From an uncultured Candidatus Saccharibacteria bacterium (GTDB lineage Bacteria > Patescibacteriota > UBA1384 > XYA2-FULL-43-10), in contig CAYMCH010000001.1 of assembly GCA_964389035.1 (NCBI GenBank), forward strand, positions 1 to 52,035: a stretch of 52,035 nucleotides of DNA, given 5' to 3'. Shown here piece by piece: positions 20,136 to 28,326 of this stretch. The notes beneath the pieces are model-generated. The model worked only from the letters and a program-made list of their open reading frames with translations. It was not told the origin of the DNA and made no database searches. Made by a program: the position numbers and the translations under genes. Every line of letters starts with the position of its first letter. Within the stretch, counting starts at the first letter, position 1.

Positions 20136-20783
20136 ATGATGATTTCCAATTTAATTCAAAATCCTATTTTATTGATAATTTTTTTATTGGGTTTATTGCT
20201 AGCCATTACTATTCATGAATACGCCCACGCATATGCAGCCTACAAGTGCGGAGATCCAACCGCAAAACTAATGGGGAGACTTTCTTTGAATCCTCTGGTT
20301 CATCTGGACCCGCTAGGAACTATCTTTCTTTTCCTAGTAGGTTTTGGTTGGGGAAAACCAGTTCCGACCAATCCCAACAATTACTCTAAAAGAAGTGATG
20401 AAATCTGTGTCGCAATGGCAGGCATTGTTGCCAATATGATTGTGGCAATTGTATTGGCTATTCCGATCAGAATTGCAAGTATTCAAGGCATTACCATAGA
20501 TTCAAATTTCTGGCTTAGCATGCTTTCAATCATAGTAGATATGAATATTATATTAGCTGCATTTAATATATTACCTATTTATCCACTAGATGGATCACAT
20601 ATTGTTGAATATTTTATGGATCAAGAAACTCAACATTTATTTCAAGCATACAGTCCTTATGTGTTATTTGCCATTTTAATTCTTGATCGAGTTACTAATA
20701 CTTCCATTCTTTATTCCATTATGGAGCCTATTATTAGAATCTTCTCCCTTGTCGCTAAGGGTACATTTTCTTTGTTTATATAA
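20136..20783 (+). CDS. Site-2 protease family (M50) membrane metalloprotease
   Basis: HEYAHAY (HExxH) in TM1 and NILPIYPLDGSH (LDG motif). Multi-pass membrane protein. Confidence 0.85.
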   Translation: MMISNLIQNPILLIIFLLGLLLAITIHEYAHAYAAYKCGDPTAKLMGRLSLNPLVHLDPLGTIFLFLVGFGWGKPVPTNPNNYSKRSDEICVAMAGIVANMIVAIVLAIPIRIASIQGITIDSNFWLSMLSIIVDMNIILAAFNILPIYPLDGSHIVEYFMDQETQHLFQAYSPYVLFAILILDRVTNTSILYSIMEPIIRIFSLVAKGTFSLFI

Positions 20784-20811
20784 ATTTTATAATTAATATG
20801 ATAATATTATT

Positions 20812-21003
20812 ATGTTCTGTCAGATCCTATAAATTGGCTAATACTTTTTTATTGGGACTTGTGCACATTTTTTATAGTAATATAATTATTGGGAACACAA
20901 GTAGGCTTAGGTCTAATCCAACATTTTTGTTACCCGAGGGTAGCAAGTGCGGACGCCCACTTGGTTTTTTCTAACCAATTTTATAGTACATCTGGCAGAA
21001 CAT
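20812..21003 (+). other. ~190-nt palindromic, highly structured element (MITE-like or ncRNA candidate)
   Basis: The arms 20812-20840 and 20972-21003 pair over 26 bp: 14 bp contiguous (20812-20825 with 20990-21003, including one G-U), then a 12-bp helix with 1 mismatch and 1 bulge. Internal hairpins are at 20857-20863/20896-20902 and 20944-20963. Confidence 0.4.
20944..20970 (+). terminator. Intrinsic terminator-like hairpin plus T6 downstream of the M50 protease gene
   Basis: CAAGTG-cggacgcc-CACTTG, then G and TTTTTT. Confidence 0.55.
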
Positions 21004-21573
21004 TAGATCTGATCGATAACATTCCATTGCTACTCAATGGTAACTCAGTGTTTTTCCGATGATAAAAATGTGAGGCGGTAAACAGTAAAAAAATAAATGA
21101 TAAAGATAAAACGCGGTAGAATACAGGATTCTGCTATTAGTTTCTATTATTGTAATGTTGGTTATTGAATATTGATCATTGGATATTTAATTGATATTTT
21201 ATATCTTGCTAACCGCTAACGCTGTGACGGGATACGGGATCAAATCCGGAATGACAAAGTGATTTGATATTTGTAATTTCATTAAGAATTATAAATTTGG
21301 ATTTTGAAATTTATTCCGCCTACCTACCTGCAAGCCTGTAGTTTCTTCCTATTTCTGCACCCATTCCGTGTTTTTCTGTATTGTTACTTTCTAACTTTAT
21401 AAACTTTCTATCTTCCCCTTTACCGTTTTATTTATCACCTAACACCTGAAACCTAAAACCTGTATTCTAAATACTTAATTCATAATTCTTTATTTACTTC
21501 CTGCCATACATTTACCATCATACATTTTGCTTTTTGCTTTTTTCCTATTACATTTATCTTAATAACTTTTTGT

Positions 21574-21650
21574 CGGGGTGTAGCACAGTTGGCTAGTGCG
21601 CATGGCTGGGGGTCATGAGGCCGCCGGTTCAAGTCCGGCCACCCCGACCA
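21574..21650 (+). tRNA. tRNA-Pro (anticodon GGG), CCA encoded
   Basis: Acceptor CGGGGTG/CACCCCG, anticodon arm CATGG-CTGGGGG-TCATG, T-arm GCCGGTTCAAGTCCGGC, ending ACCA. Confidence 0.92.
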
Positions 21651-21661
21651 TTGAAAACTTT

Positions 21662-21700
21662 GTCGAATTTACTCAACGAAGCGCGAACTTTTTTCGAACA
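21662..21700. repeat. Left terminal inverted repeat of the island
   Basis: The reverse complement tgttcgaaaaaagttcgcgcttcgttgagtaaattcgac matches 25068-25106 at 34/39 positions. Confidence 0.8.
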
Positions 21701-21838
21701 GAATTCAAAGTAATTTTATACTTGCAAATTTCACTCTGAATTTCCAGAGCAATATTCCAATGTTCCTCCTCGCTTCGCTCGGCGTGTTTTTGTGCGGTCG
21801 CTGGAGGGGTGTGGGGAGGAAACGACCGCACGAGTTTT

Positions 21839-22117
21839 GAAAAACGGGTATAGAATTCGGTAAATCGCGTGGTGGAGGAGCCGATCCCGAACACTCGCCT
21901 TATGGATATCTCGAACTTTTGGGTCACTAATTTTGAACGATTGATATCTGCCGTGCCGGTATGATTTATCGGCAAGTTCGGCATGTAGCACAAGAATATT
22001 GTCCATAAAATTAAGTGAAAATTTAGCTACATCTTTTCGCTTCCTCTTGCCTTTTAAGAATTCGCGCCATGAAATAAGTAAATTATCAACCGATATGATA
22101 TTATTGAAAATATGATG
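21839..22117 (-). pseudogene. Reverse transcriptase remnant (DGR-type), N-terminal ~94 codons only, no canonical start codon
   Basis: A single open frame reads HHIFNNIISVDNLLISWREFLKGKRKRKDVAKFSLNFMDNILVLHAELADKSYRHGRYQSFKISDPKVRDIHKASVRDRLLHHAIYRILYPFF. This follows the N-terminal/finger pattern of Brt-like DGR RTs (..NL..A....GKR......F......L...L....Y....Y..F.I.(D/E)PK.R.I......DR..HHA.....P.F). Similarity stops at ~21839. No palm or YxDD region appears in any frame. Confidence 0.7.
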
Positions 22118-22125
22118 CAGCCCAA

Positions 22126-22156
<31 letters not shown>

Positions 22157-22196
22157 GAGTTGCCCCTCGATCCTTTGCCGAATAAAAGAGGGATAT

Positions 22197-22553
22197 TTGA
22201 TTTGGATTAATTTTGTTCCTCATATCGCTAGAAGTTCTCGATATACCATTGGTCAGCGAATTGAAAATAAGTTTTTAGATTTACTGGAATTATCATACAT
22301 AACCTATTTTAACGATAAAGATAAAAAGAAAGAAAAAATCTCTGAGTGTGTCTTGACCTTGGAGACACTCAAATTCATTGTTTCCATTGCATGGGAAGGC
22401 AAGATCATACCTAATAACAAGTATGAAGAATTGGCGAGAAAACTCGATGAAGCAGGTAAAATGTACGGTGGCTGGAAGAAAAATTTTGATAATCCGCAAA
22501 AAAAACCGCTCATTGTAGCACGGAAAAGAAATACTTTCGAAGACGGAACATAA
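22197..22553 (+). CDS. avd: Avd-like four-helix-bundle protein (DGR accessory variability determinant / S23-IVS family), TTG start, possibly N-terminally truncated
   Basis: ...VPHIARSSRYTIGQRIENKFLDLLELSYITYF...LETLKFIVSIAWEGKIIPNNKYEELARKLDEAGKMYGGWKKN parallels Bordetella phage bAvd (..SIPRKHG.AREMFLKCLLGQVELFIVA...RILGSWIAR). GAGGG lies 6 nt before the TTG. The frame stays open upstream to 22116 (..SILCRIKEGY..) but has no in-frame ATG. Confidence 0.7.
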   Translation: MIWINFVPHIARSSRYTIGQRIENKFLDLLELSYITYFNDKDKKKEKISECVLTLETLKFIVSIAWEGKIIPNNKYEELARKLDEAGKMYGGWKKNFDNPQKKPLIVARKRNTFEDGT

Positions 22554-22669
22554 ACTCATTGTCAGCATTCCACTTGTTGTCAGGCTTAGCCCATTTGTTG
22601 TTGAGCCACAAGCCATCGTCGTTGTGTTCCATGTTGAAGACGTTAGGGTTGCCGTTCCGGTCTGTAATT
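22538..22669 (-). repeat. DGR template repeat (TR)
   Basis: 132-nt copy that carries A (minus strand) at 19 of the 24 positions differing from the copy inside the target ORF. Non-coding. Its 3' end overlaps the 3' end of the Avd-like gene on the opposite strand. Confidence 0.78.
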
Positions 22670-22993
22670 GTGTGATCCTCCACCTATACCACTGCCCTCG
22701 CAATCTATCGGTAAAAGGCGCCGAGCTGTATTTTATTTGGGATCGAAAATCCCCGAGCATTTCACACCAAGTTTGTCTTTTTATGTAGACAAAATACGAA
22801 CCCTCTTTTGGAAGTCGTGACCGTCAGTATTCTCAATTCATGTTCACCGGAGAGGTTTCGCCAAGCCGTAGCCGGGCAATTCAATCTCTCTGTATTTAGT
22901 ATATCAAAAATTTGTATCGTGCGGCTTCGCCGCATAAGTATCAAAGTATCTAAAACTTAAAGCTTTAAAAGTAAACAAAAAGAGATCAAAAAT

Positions 22994-24421
22994 CTAAGTT
23001 GCCTGAGAAACTTGGCGAAGACGGAACATAAACTCGCTGCCAGCATTCCACTTGCGGTCAGGCTCAGCCCACCCTTCTTTGAGCCACAAGCAATCGCCGT
23101 AGTGTTCCAGGTCGAAGACGTAATGGACGCCGCGCCGGTCTGCAATTTGCTTCATAGCAATTGTATAACAATCATCCAGAGGTTGTTCTTGATCTTTTGA
23201 TCTTTGATACGGTCCAACTACAGCCGGACAGAGTTCAAGCCCAAATTCTTCTGCTTTGGCATAAATTTGATCTGTCGTAGCACCGTCCAGAAAACCCAAA
23301 TCTTGAACTTTTAGCCGTATGGTATTAATTTGTTCAGGATTTGGTTGAGTTGTATATTCAACCCTGTCCAGCATATCTTGAGCATAGTCGTAAATTTTTA
23401 TTCCTTTTGCCTTTAATTCAGCAACCAGTTCATCCTTAGTTTTGCTACCGATCTCAAGTTCGCTCTTTCGGATTCTGCCTTCGGGGAAAGAAGTGTAAAT
23501 ATTTTCGAGATTTGGCATCTGAAATATGCCGGCAAAAAGCGGGCCGATGTAATTTTTTGTCTGTTTATGGATCTGATCTTGATTCCATGCAATTTCATTT
23601 GGCTGGCAATCCAGGACGATTGGAGCGTCTGCTTTCGGGTCCCTTTGGGAGCGAACTTCAGCAACTCGCGAATCTCTGTCGTAGTCAAAACCCTCAATCT
23701 GCGAGTTTATTTCATATAGAAAAATAAGTTCGTCTTTAGAAAGATCATCTCCTGCCTGATGTTTCTTGTAGACCAAAGTCATTTGTTTCATATCGGCAGC
23801 TTTCTTGTCGTATTTTTCGCCGCCCGGAAAAGCGTGATATTCCTGCTGGGCAATGTCAACTAACTCCGGCTCAAGCTCCTGTCTTTGATTTACGCCGCGA
23901 ATTTCACCTACTTGGTCGCCTTCCATTCTGATTGCAACTCTCGGCTCAGTGTACTGGCCGTCAGCATTTTTTGTGTAATAGACATAGAAGTCGCCACCCT
24001 GCAGATGGCCTTCGGCGCTTCCCTCGGCCGTGCACCAGCCGGTACCCTTTCCCTTAAGATCGCCCTCTAGCTTTCGCCAGTCGCCGCCCTGATCGTACTT
24101 TCGCCACTCCCCCTCAATACTCTCGCGATTCAGTTTGCCAGCGGTTTCGACTTGGGCAAAGGCGTACAAACCAGCGAAATCTTTTGATTTTAATAATCTA
24201 TCTAGATGCTCTTGCTTTTCGCTTGCTTGCGGATCATTTTGATCAATCGTTTGTTCCTGATCTTCGCCGGATAGTCGTTTGTATACCCAGCCGAGAGCTT
24301 CAGAATTAAGCTCAGGAAAGGGCGCAATTGTTTTTGGTGTTCGCTTGGAGTAGGTTAGTTTTTCCTTATCCAGCGTTCCCATTTTCCGCAAGTTACGAAC
24401 AACAAAATATCGAAACCACAT
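22994..24421 (-). CDS. DGR target protein, main (C-terminal) part; the variable region encodes the last ~45 residues
   Basis: 475-aa ORF in the track. The frame is open upstream to 24622 and overlaps the 24555..24875 ORF. The C-terminus ...IADRRGVHYVFDLEHYGDCLWLKEGWAEPDRKWNAGSEFMFRLRQVSQAT contains the VR. Confidence 0.8.
   Translation of the reverse strand: MWFRYFVVRNLRKMGTLDKEKLTYSKRTPKTIAPFPELNSEALGWVYKRLSGEDQEQTIDQNDPQASEKQEHLDRLLKSKDFAGLYAFAQVETAGKLNRESIEGEWRKYDQGGDWRKLEGDLKGKGTGWCTAEGSAEGHLQGGDFYVYYTKNADGQYTEPRVAIRMEGDQVGEIRGVNQRQELEPELVDIAQQEYHAFPGGEKYDKKAADMKQMTLVYKKHQAGDDLSKDELIFLYEINSQIEGFDYDRDSRVAEVRSQRDPKADAPIVLDCQPNEIAWNQDQIHKQTKNYIGPLFAGIFQMPNLENIYTSFPEGRIRKSELEIGSKTKDELVAELKAKGIKIYDYAQDMLDRVEYTTQPNPEQINTIRLKVQDLGFLDGATTDQIYAKAEEFGLELCPAVVGPYQRSKDQEQPLDDCYTIAMKQIADRRGVHYVFDLEHYGDCLWLKEGWAEPDRKWNAGSEFMFRLRQVSQAT
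23016..23147 (-). repeat. DGR variable repeat (VR)
   Basis: 132 nt, 108/132 identical to 22538-22669, ungapped. It ends 20 nt before the stop codon of the target ORF. Confidence 0.78.
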
Positions 24422-24554
24422 CGGCTGTTTGGCATCATTTTCGCCAAGGTAGTCGAGCCATGATTGCAGTGTCTTTCTTTGTTGTTCGGCTTTTTCTTCG
24501 ATTAAATTTTTGTATTTGTCGATAACTTCTTCATTAAATTCCAGACGTTCAATA

Positions 24555-24875
24555 TCACCACCTCGTCCTTGTTCGATCGCAAGCTTTTTTTTCTGATTCG
24601 TAAAGTCCTTGAGCCAGAGCTGTCAAAGTTTCTTCGTCTTTAGAGTCAATCGTAAATTCATCCAGAATTTTATGACTTAAACGCTCAAGACCTCGTTCAT
24701 CTGAGGATATTTTTTCGAGGCGACCCATGTATGCCCCAACACGCTCTTCGCGAGTTCTGATTTTTTCGCCCCCACTTCTGGCTTTAATCGAGGCCCTTTC
24801 TACTTCATGAGAGCCTGAAAGATCGACATATTTTTCTGCCAAGAATTCTGGTCCTGGACCGCTTCCTACTGGCAT
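24555..24875 (-). CDS. N-terminal fragment of the DGR target gene, separated from the rest by a 1-nt frameshift at an A8 run
   Basis: Good RBS (AAGGAGCAAGT-ATG). The ORF ends 30 nt after an A8 tract (24585-24592). The downstream ORF's frame is already open across that tract. Confidence 0.6.
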   Translation of the reverse strand: MPVGSGPGPEFLAEKYVDLSGSHEVERASIKARSGGEKIRTREERVGAYMGRLEKISSDERGLERLSHKILDEFTIDSKDEETLTALAQGLYESEKKACDRTRTRW

Positions 24876-24910
24876 ACTTGCTCCTTTTTTTAGCTTAAAC
24901 TTCTGATTTC

Positions 24911-24939
24911 ATTATTGATCAATTATTCAAATTTTTCAA
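24911..24939 (-). promoter_or_regulatory. Putative sigma70-type promoter of the target gene
   Basis: On the minus strand: TTGAAA (24939-24934), 17 nt, AATAAT (24916-24911). This lies ~35 nt upstream of the ATG at 24875. Confidence 0.35.
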
Positions 24940-25067
24940 CCTTTTTCTTCTCATATTAGAAATTCGCCAAGCAATCACAGCGAGCGAAGGCGGAAGTATT
25001 TAGCATATACTCTAGAAATTTAAGGAGAAATACGCTATTATGTATTTGTTATTTGCTTTCGGAGTTT

Positions 25068-25106
25068 TGTTCGAAATAAGTTCGAACTTCGTTCAGCAAA
25101 TTCGAC
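25068..25106. repeat. Right terminal inverted repeat of the island
   Basis: tgttcgaaataagttcgaacttcgttcagcaaattcgac is the inverted partner of 21662-21700. Confidence 0.8.
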
Positions 25107-25212
25107 CATCAAAATATTAATGCCTTGAATCACATATTTTTAATGTTCGTGGCGATTGTTATATGATCAAAAAATATTAAACAATTTTAATAATTTGATT
25201 AAAGGAGGAAAC

Positions 25213-25836
25213 ATGTCCGATGAACAGCAGCAGCAAGCTGCACCAAGTCCGGCACCGTCTTCTACGACGCCGACACAAAACACGGCAAAAAAAAGTGGCA
25301 ATAAAACTTGTCTAATTGTTGCGATTGTCATTCTGGCACTTATACTTTTAGGCGCTGGCGGGCTATATATCGGTTATCGTTACCTAAAAAGTAAAATCGA
25401 CATCTCGACCAGCGAAAATTCATCTTCGTTCAAAGTCGGAGACACTGAAGTCAACACATCAAATAATAGCGATAGTTATGTCTACAATGACATTAAAAGT
25501 CAAACACCCAATAATGCTCTATTAAAGACAACTGACTCCGAAATCGTCGCAATTCTACAAAAGCTCTACGGCGGATCCAAGCTAAAAACATGGGCATCCA
25601 TTGATACAAAGTCTGGATCTCTTAATTATATAACAAAAAATACTATTACATCTGAATCTTTTGTCTTGTTAGAGAATGAGATTAAAAACATAGGATATTC
25701 CGAAACTCAAAATTACAGCTCGCAAGATAGTGTAGTGATAACCGGCAAAAAAAATAATGTTTCGGTTTCAATAACATCGGATATTTCCATACACAACAAC
25801 GAAATTATAGTTAATGTAATCGAATACACTCAATAA
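25213..25836 (+). CDS. Hypothetical membrane-anchored protein (Q/P/S/T-rich N-terminus, one TM)
   Basis: Start moved to the ATG at 25213, preceded by AAAGGAGGAAAC. TM CLIVAIVILALILLGAGGLYIGY. Confidence 0.7.
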   Translation: MSDEQQQQAAPSPAPSSTTPTQNTAKKSGNKTCLIVAIVILALILLGAGGLYIGYRYLKSKIDISTSENSSSFKVGDTEVNTSNNSDSYVYNDIKSQTPNNALLKTTDSEIVAILQKLYGGSKLKTWASIDTKSGSLNYITKNTITSESFVLLENEIKNIGYSETQNYSSQDSVVITGKKNNVSVSITSDISIHNNEIIVNVIEYTQ

Positions 25837-25949
25837 TCCCAAAATAAATAATCTGCCAAAATATGATGGTAAATTTTTTATATTTATAGAACGATAAAGA
25901 TACTGATATTTTTAATTATTAAAATATTCTGTTAAAATTATATTACTGT

Positions 25950-28109
25950 ATGGCAAAAGAGCTACCAATTGTTCATAAAGCGTTTTTGGCAACGAAAATT
26001 GTATCGTCTAGTTTTTTTCTATTAACCGAAAGAACAGATAGTAAAACAGGCGATAATTTTTTGTTTTATATGATAGAAACAAGCCACGAAAAAAACGGTC
26101 AAAAAATTCAGCAACAAATTCATAACAATCTTACCAAAAAAATATTAGCAAGCGACTATTATTCGCTACCACAATTTGAAAGCTCACTACAAAATTTGAA
26201 TGCTTCTTTAGATGGACTTAAAATTTTGTCTTCGAGTAGCGATATGGTAAATGTATTAATTGGTTTTTGCGAGTCTAATATTTTACATTTAAGCATGACA
26301 GGCTCAGTAGAAGGATATTTATTGCGCAAAGGAAAGATTAATTCATTAACTGATGGTCTAAACACTAATGAGGAATTTGGATTCCATAATATCACTTCAG
26401 GCGAACTCAGCATCCAAGACATTGTAATTATTGGAAATAAAAGTTTTTTTGATCGATTATCGCTTGATAGAATCCGCAAAACTGTAAATATTTATTCTCC
26501 CAAATTAGCAATTAAAGAATTTTTTCAACATTTAAGAAAGAGCAAATATTTTAATTGTAACGCTATCGTAATCCAAGCAACAAATACTCAACATGATCAC
26601 AAAGAAGATGAAAATTTACCCGATCTCTTATACCTTGATACTATTGAGGAAACTGTTCTACAAAATATTCAAAAAAAGACAGCTCCAATAGTAAAAAACA
26701 TTTTAAATATATTATCAAAAACTTTTACATCAATTTCAAGCTATTCCAGTAAATTTGCTGGTAAAGCTACTGAAAAATGGCAAAAAGATTACGCCCCCAA
26801 AGCCAAAGAAATTATTATTAAAACAAATGATAAAACTCAAAAAGGAATAAAAAATATTTCAGAAAAAATTAGCAATACTCCAAACAATGTGATAAAAAAG
26901 AAAACATTAAAAATCAAGTCATATGATAAATCTCGTCAGCTTATTTCTAAACCAATAGTAAAGTACATGAGTAAAATCAAAAATATCTTTTTTACTATTT
27001 GCAAAAAAAATAATAGAAAATATTTCTATGCAACATTAATAATAATATTAATTATTGTAGCTTATGGAAAGATTGTTTCAAACAACAAAAATCGCAATGC
27101 TATTAAAAAACAGAATGATACAGTTTATTCTGTTGATAAAGCATCGGAAATTCTTAAATTGGCTCAAGAAGATATATTGTTGGGAAAATCAAATGGTCTT
27201 GACAAATTAAATGAAGCATTGAATTTAACTAATATAGCGATAGACAACCCTTCTACACACGACAAAGCACTTGAAATTAAAAAACAAATTTTTGAAGAGA
27301 TGGACAAAACTACAAGCACAAAAAGATTTTATGACATAAAACCCATTTTTAGTTTTAAAAATGAAATAGTAATATCAGCAGTTTCTGGTTCGGTAATTTA
27401 TGGAATAACCATTGACGGCAAAATTTATTCCACCGATGCTAGAGATAAAGATCCAAAACTTCTTAGTGCCATAGAATCAAGTATGGGGGTGCCAGTATCT
27501 GCATGCTATTCTGACTCTACCAATTTACTTTATGTTTTGACTAATAAACCAACAGTTTGGGCTTATGATCCATTATCTCAATCTGGAGCAGAATTGACTA
27601 TTTCTGATGATTCAAAATGGGAAAATGGCACATCAATATCAGTTTATAGCACAAATTTATACATTCTAGATTCCTCCGCGGGAAAAATATGGAGACACAG
27701 CAAAAATGGTAACAATTTTAATGCAGGTACTTCATTCGCAGGAGCAAAAAATACCGACGCAAAAGATGGCATTTCATTAGCAATTGATGGAAGCGCTTAT
27801 GTGTTGAAAACAAATGGCACTGTTTCCAAATTTTCTCATGGAGCATTGGATTCAACATTCAATATTTCATCTCCACCAGCACCAAATAACACAATTTCTA
27901 AACCATCTCAAATTTATACTGATTCAGATTCTCAAAATATCTTTATCTCCGATCTGTCCTTAAACCGCATTCTCAGATTTGCTAAAGCGGGAGAATTTGT
28001 AGATCAATACATAATCGAAAACAAAGAAATCTCAAATATATTGGTTAATCCAAGAGTACAAAAATTGTGGGTGGTATCTAAAAAAGATGTGTTTGAAATC
28101 GATCTTTAA
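25950..28109 (+). CDS. Hypothetical 719-aa membrane protein with C-terminal beta-propeller-like repeats
   Basis: Central TM (YFYATLIIILIIVAYGKIV). The C-terminal ~330 aa hold recurring ..LY(V/I)LD...GKI(W/Y)R.. type blades. The N-terminal ~200 aa faintly resemble a PP2C-like fold; this is weak. Confidence 0.75.
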   Translation: MAKELPIVHKAFLATKIVSSSFFLLTERTDSKTGDNFLFYMIETSHEKNGQKIQQQIHNNLTKKILASDYYSLPQFESSLQNLNASLDGLKILSSSSDMVNVLIGFCESNILHLSMTGSVEGYLLRKGKINSLTDGLNTNEEFGFHNITSGELSIQDIVIIGNKSFFDRLSLDRIRKTVNIYSPKLAIKEFFQHLRKSKYFNCNAIVIQATNTQHDHKEDENLPDLLYLDTIEETVLQNIQKKTAPIVKNILNILSKTFTSISSYSSKFAGKATEKWQKDYAPKAKEIIIKTNDKTQKGIKNISEKISNTPNNVIKKKTLKIKSYDKSRQLISKPIVKYMSKIKNIFFTICKKNNRKYFYATLIIILIIVAYGKIVSNNKNRNAIKKQNDTVYSVDKASEILKLAQEDILLGKSNGLDKLNEALNLTNIAIDNPSTHDKALEIKKQIFEEMDKTTSTKRFYDIKPIFSFKNEIVISAVSGSVIYGITIDGKIYSTDARDKDPKLLSAIESSMGVPVSACYSDSTNLLYVLTNKPTVWAYDPLSQSGAELTISDDSKWENGTSISVYSTNLYILDSSAGKIWRHSKNGNNFNAGTSFAGAKNTDAKDGISLAIDGSAYVLKTNGTVSKFSHGALDSTFNISSPPAPNNTISKPSQIYTDSDSQNIFISDLSLNRILRFAKAGEFVDQYIIENKEISNILVNPRVQKLWVVSKKDVFEIDL

Positions 28110-28122
28110 ACATTCCCCTCCC

Positions 28123-28326
28123 TTAATCAACCAATACTGGCTCTCTGTCATAAGAAATGAGTTTATAGTAATTTGGACTTGATTCGCGGGTAACTATATA
28201 TACTCTTTCTTTATTATTTCTTGAGGCTAATACACCCTTTATACCTTTTTCGATATCAAACCAAATACCATTTTCGTATCCCATATCAGCATCTATAGTA
28301 ACAAAATTCGGATTAAAATTTTTCAA
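28123..28326 (-). CDS. Hypothetical; probable C-terminal half of a frameshifted SRAP-like gene
   Basis: The track ORF starts at a TTG overlapping the upstream stop. The sequence ...GIWFDIEKGIKGV...VYIVTRES...YDREPVLV loosely follows the C-terminal half of SRAP/YedK proteins. Confidence 0.4.
   Translation of the reverse strand: MKNFNPNFVTIDADMGYENGIWFDIEKGIKGVLASRNNKERVYIVTRESSPNYYKLISYDREPVLVD

Noticed and set aside
21673-21993. 106-aa ORF overlapping the RT remnant and the left inverted repeat
   Set aside because: It is out of frame with the RT-like translation, shows no RT motifs, and crosses the GC hairpin and repeat. It is most likely non-coding.
21839-22117. A frameshift inside the RT remnant near 22007-22012
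   Set aside because: On a first reading I thought FSLN and MDNIL were in different frames. Codon-by-codon recounting shows one continuous frame (..KFSLNFMDNIL..). The track starts at 22006 only because no canonical start codon lies upstream.
22293-23145. Minus-strand ORFs 22293..22760, 22304..22513, 22762..22944 and 22957..23145
   Set aside because: They run across the TR, the antisense strand of the Avd-like gene, the TR-VR spacer, or out of frame over the VR. Their mutual similarity (..SSTWNTT..ACGS..GLSLT.SGML) is simply the TR/VR repeat read in a wrong frame.
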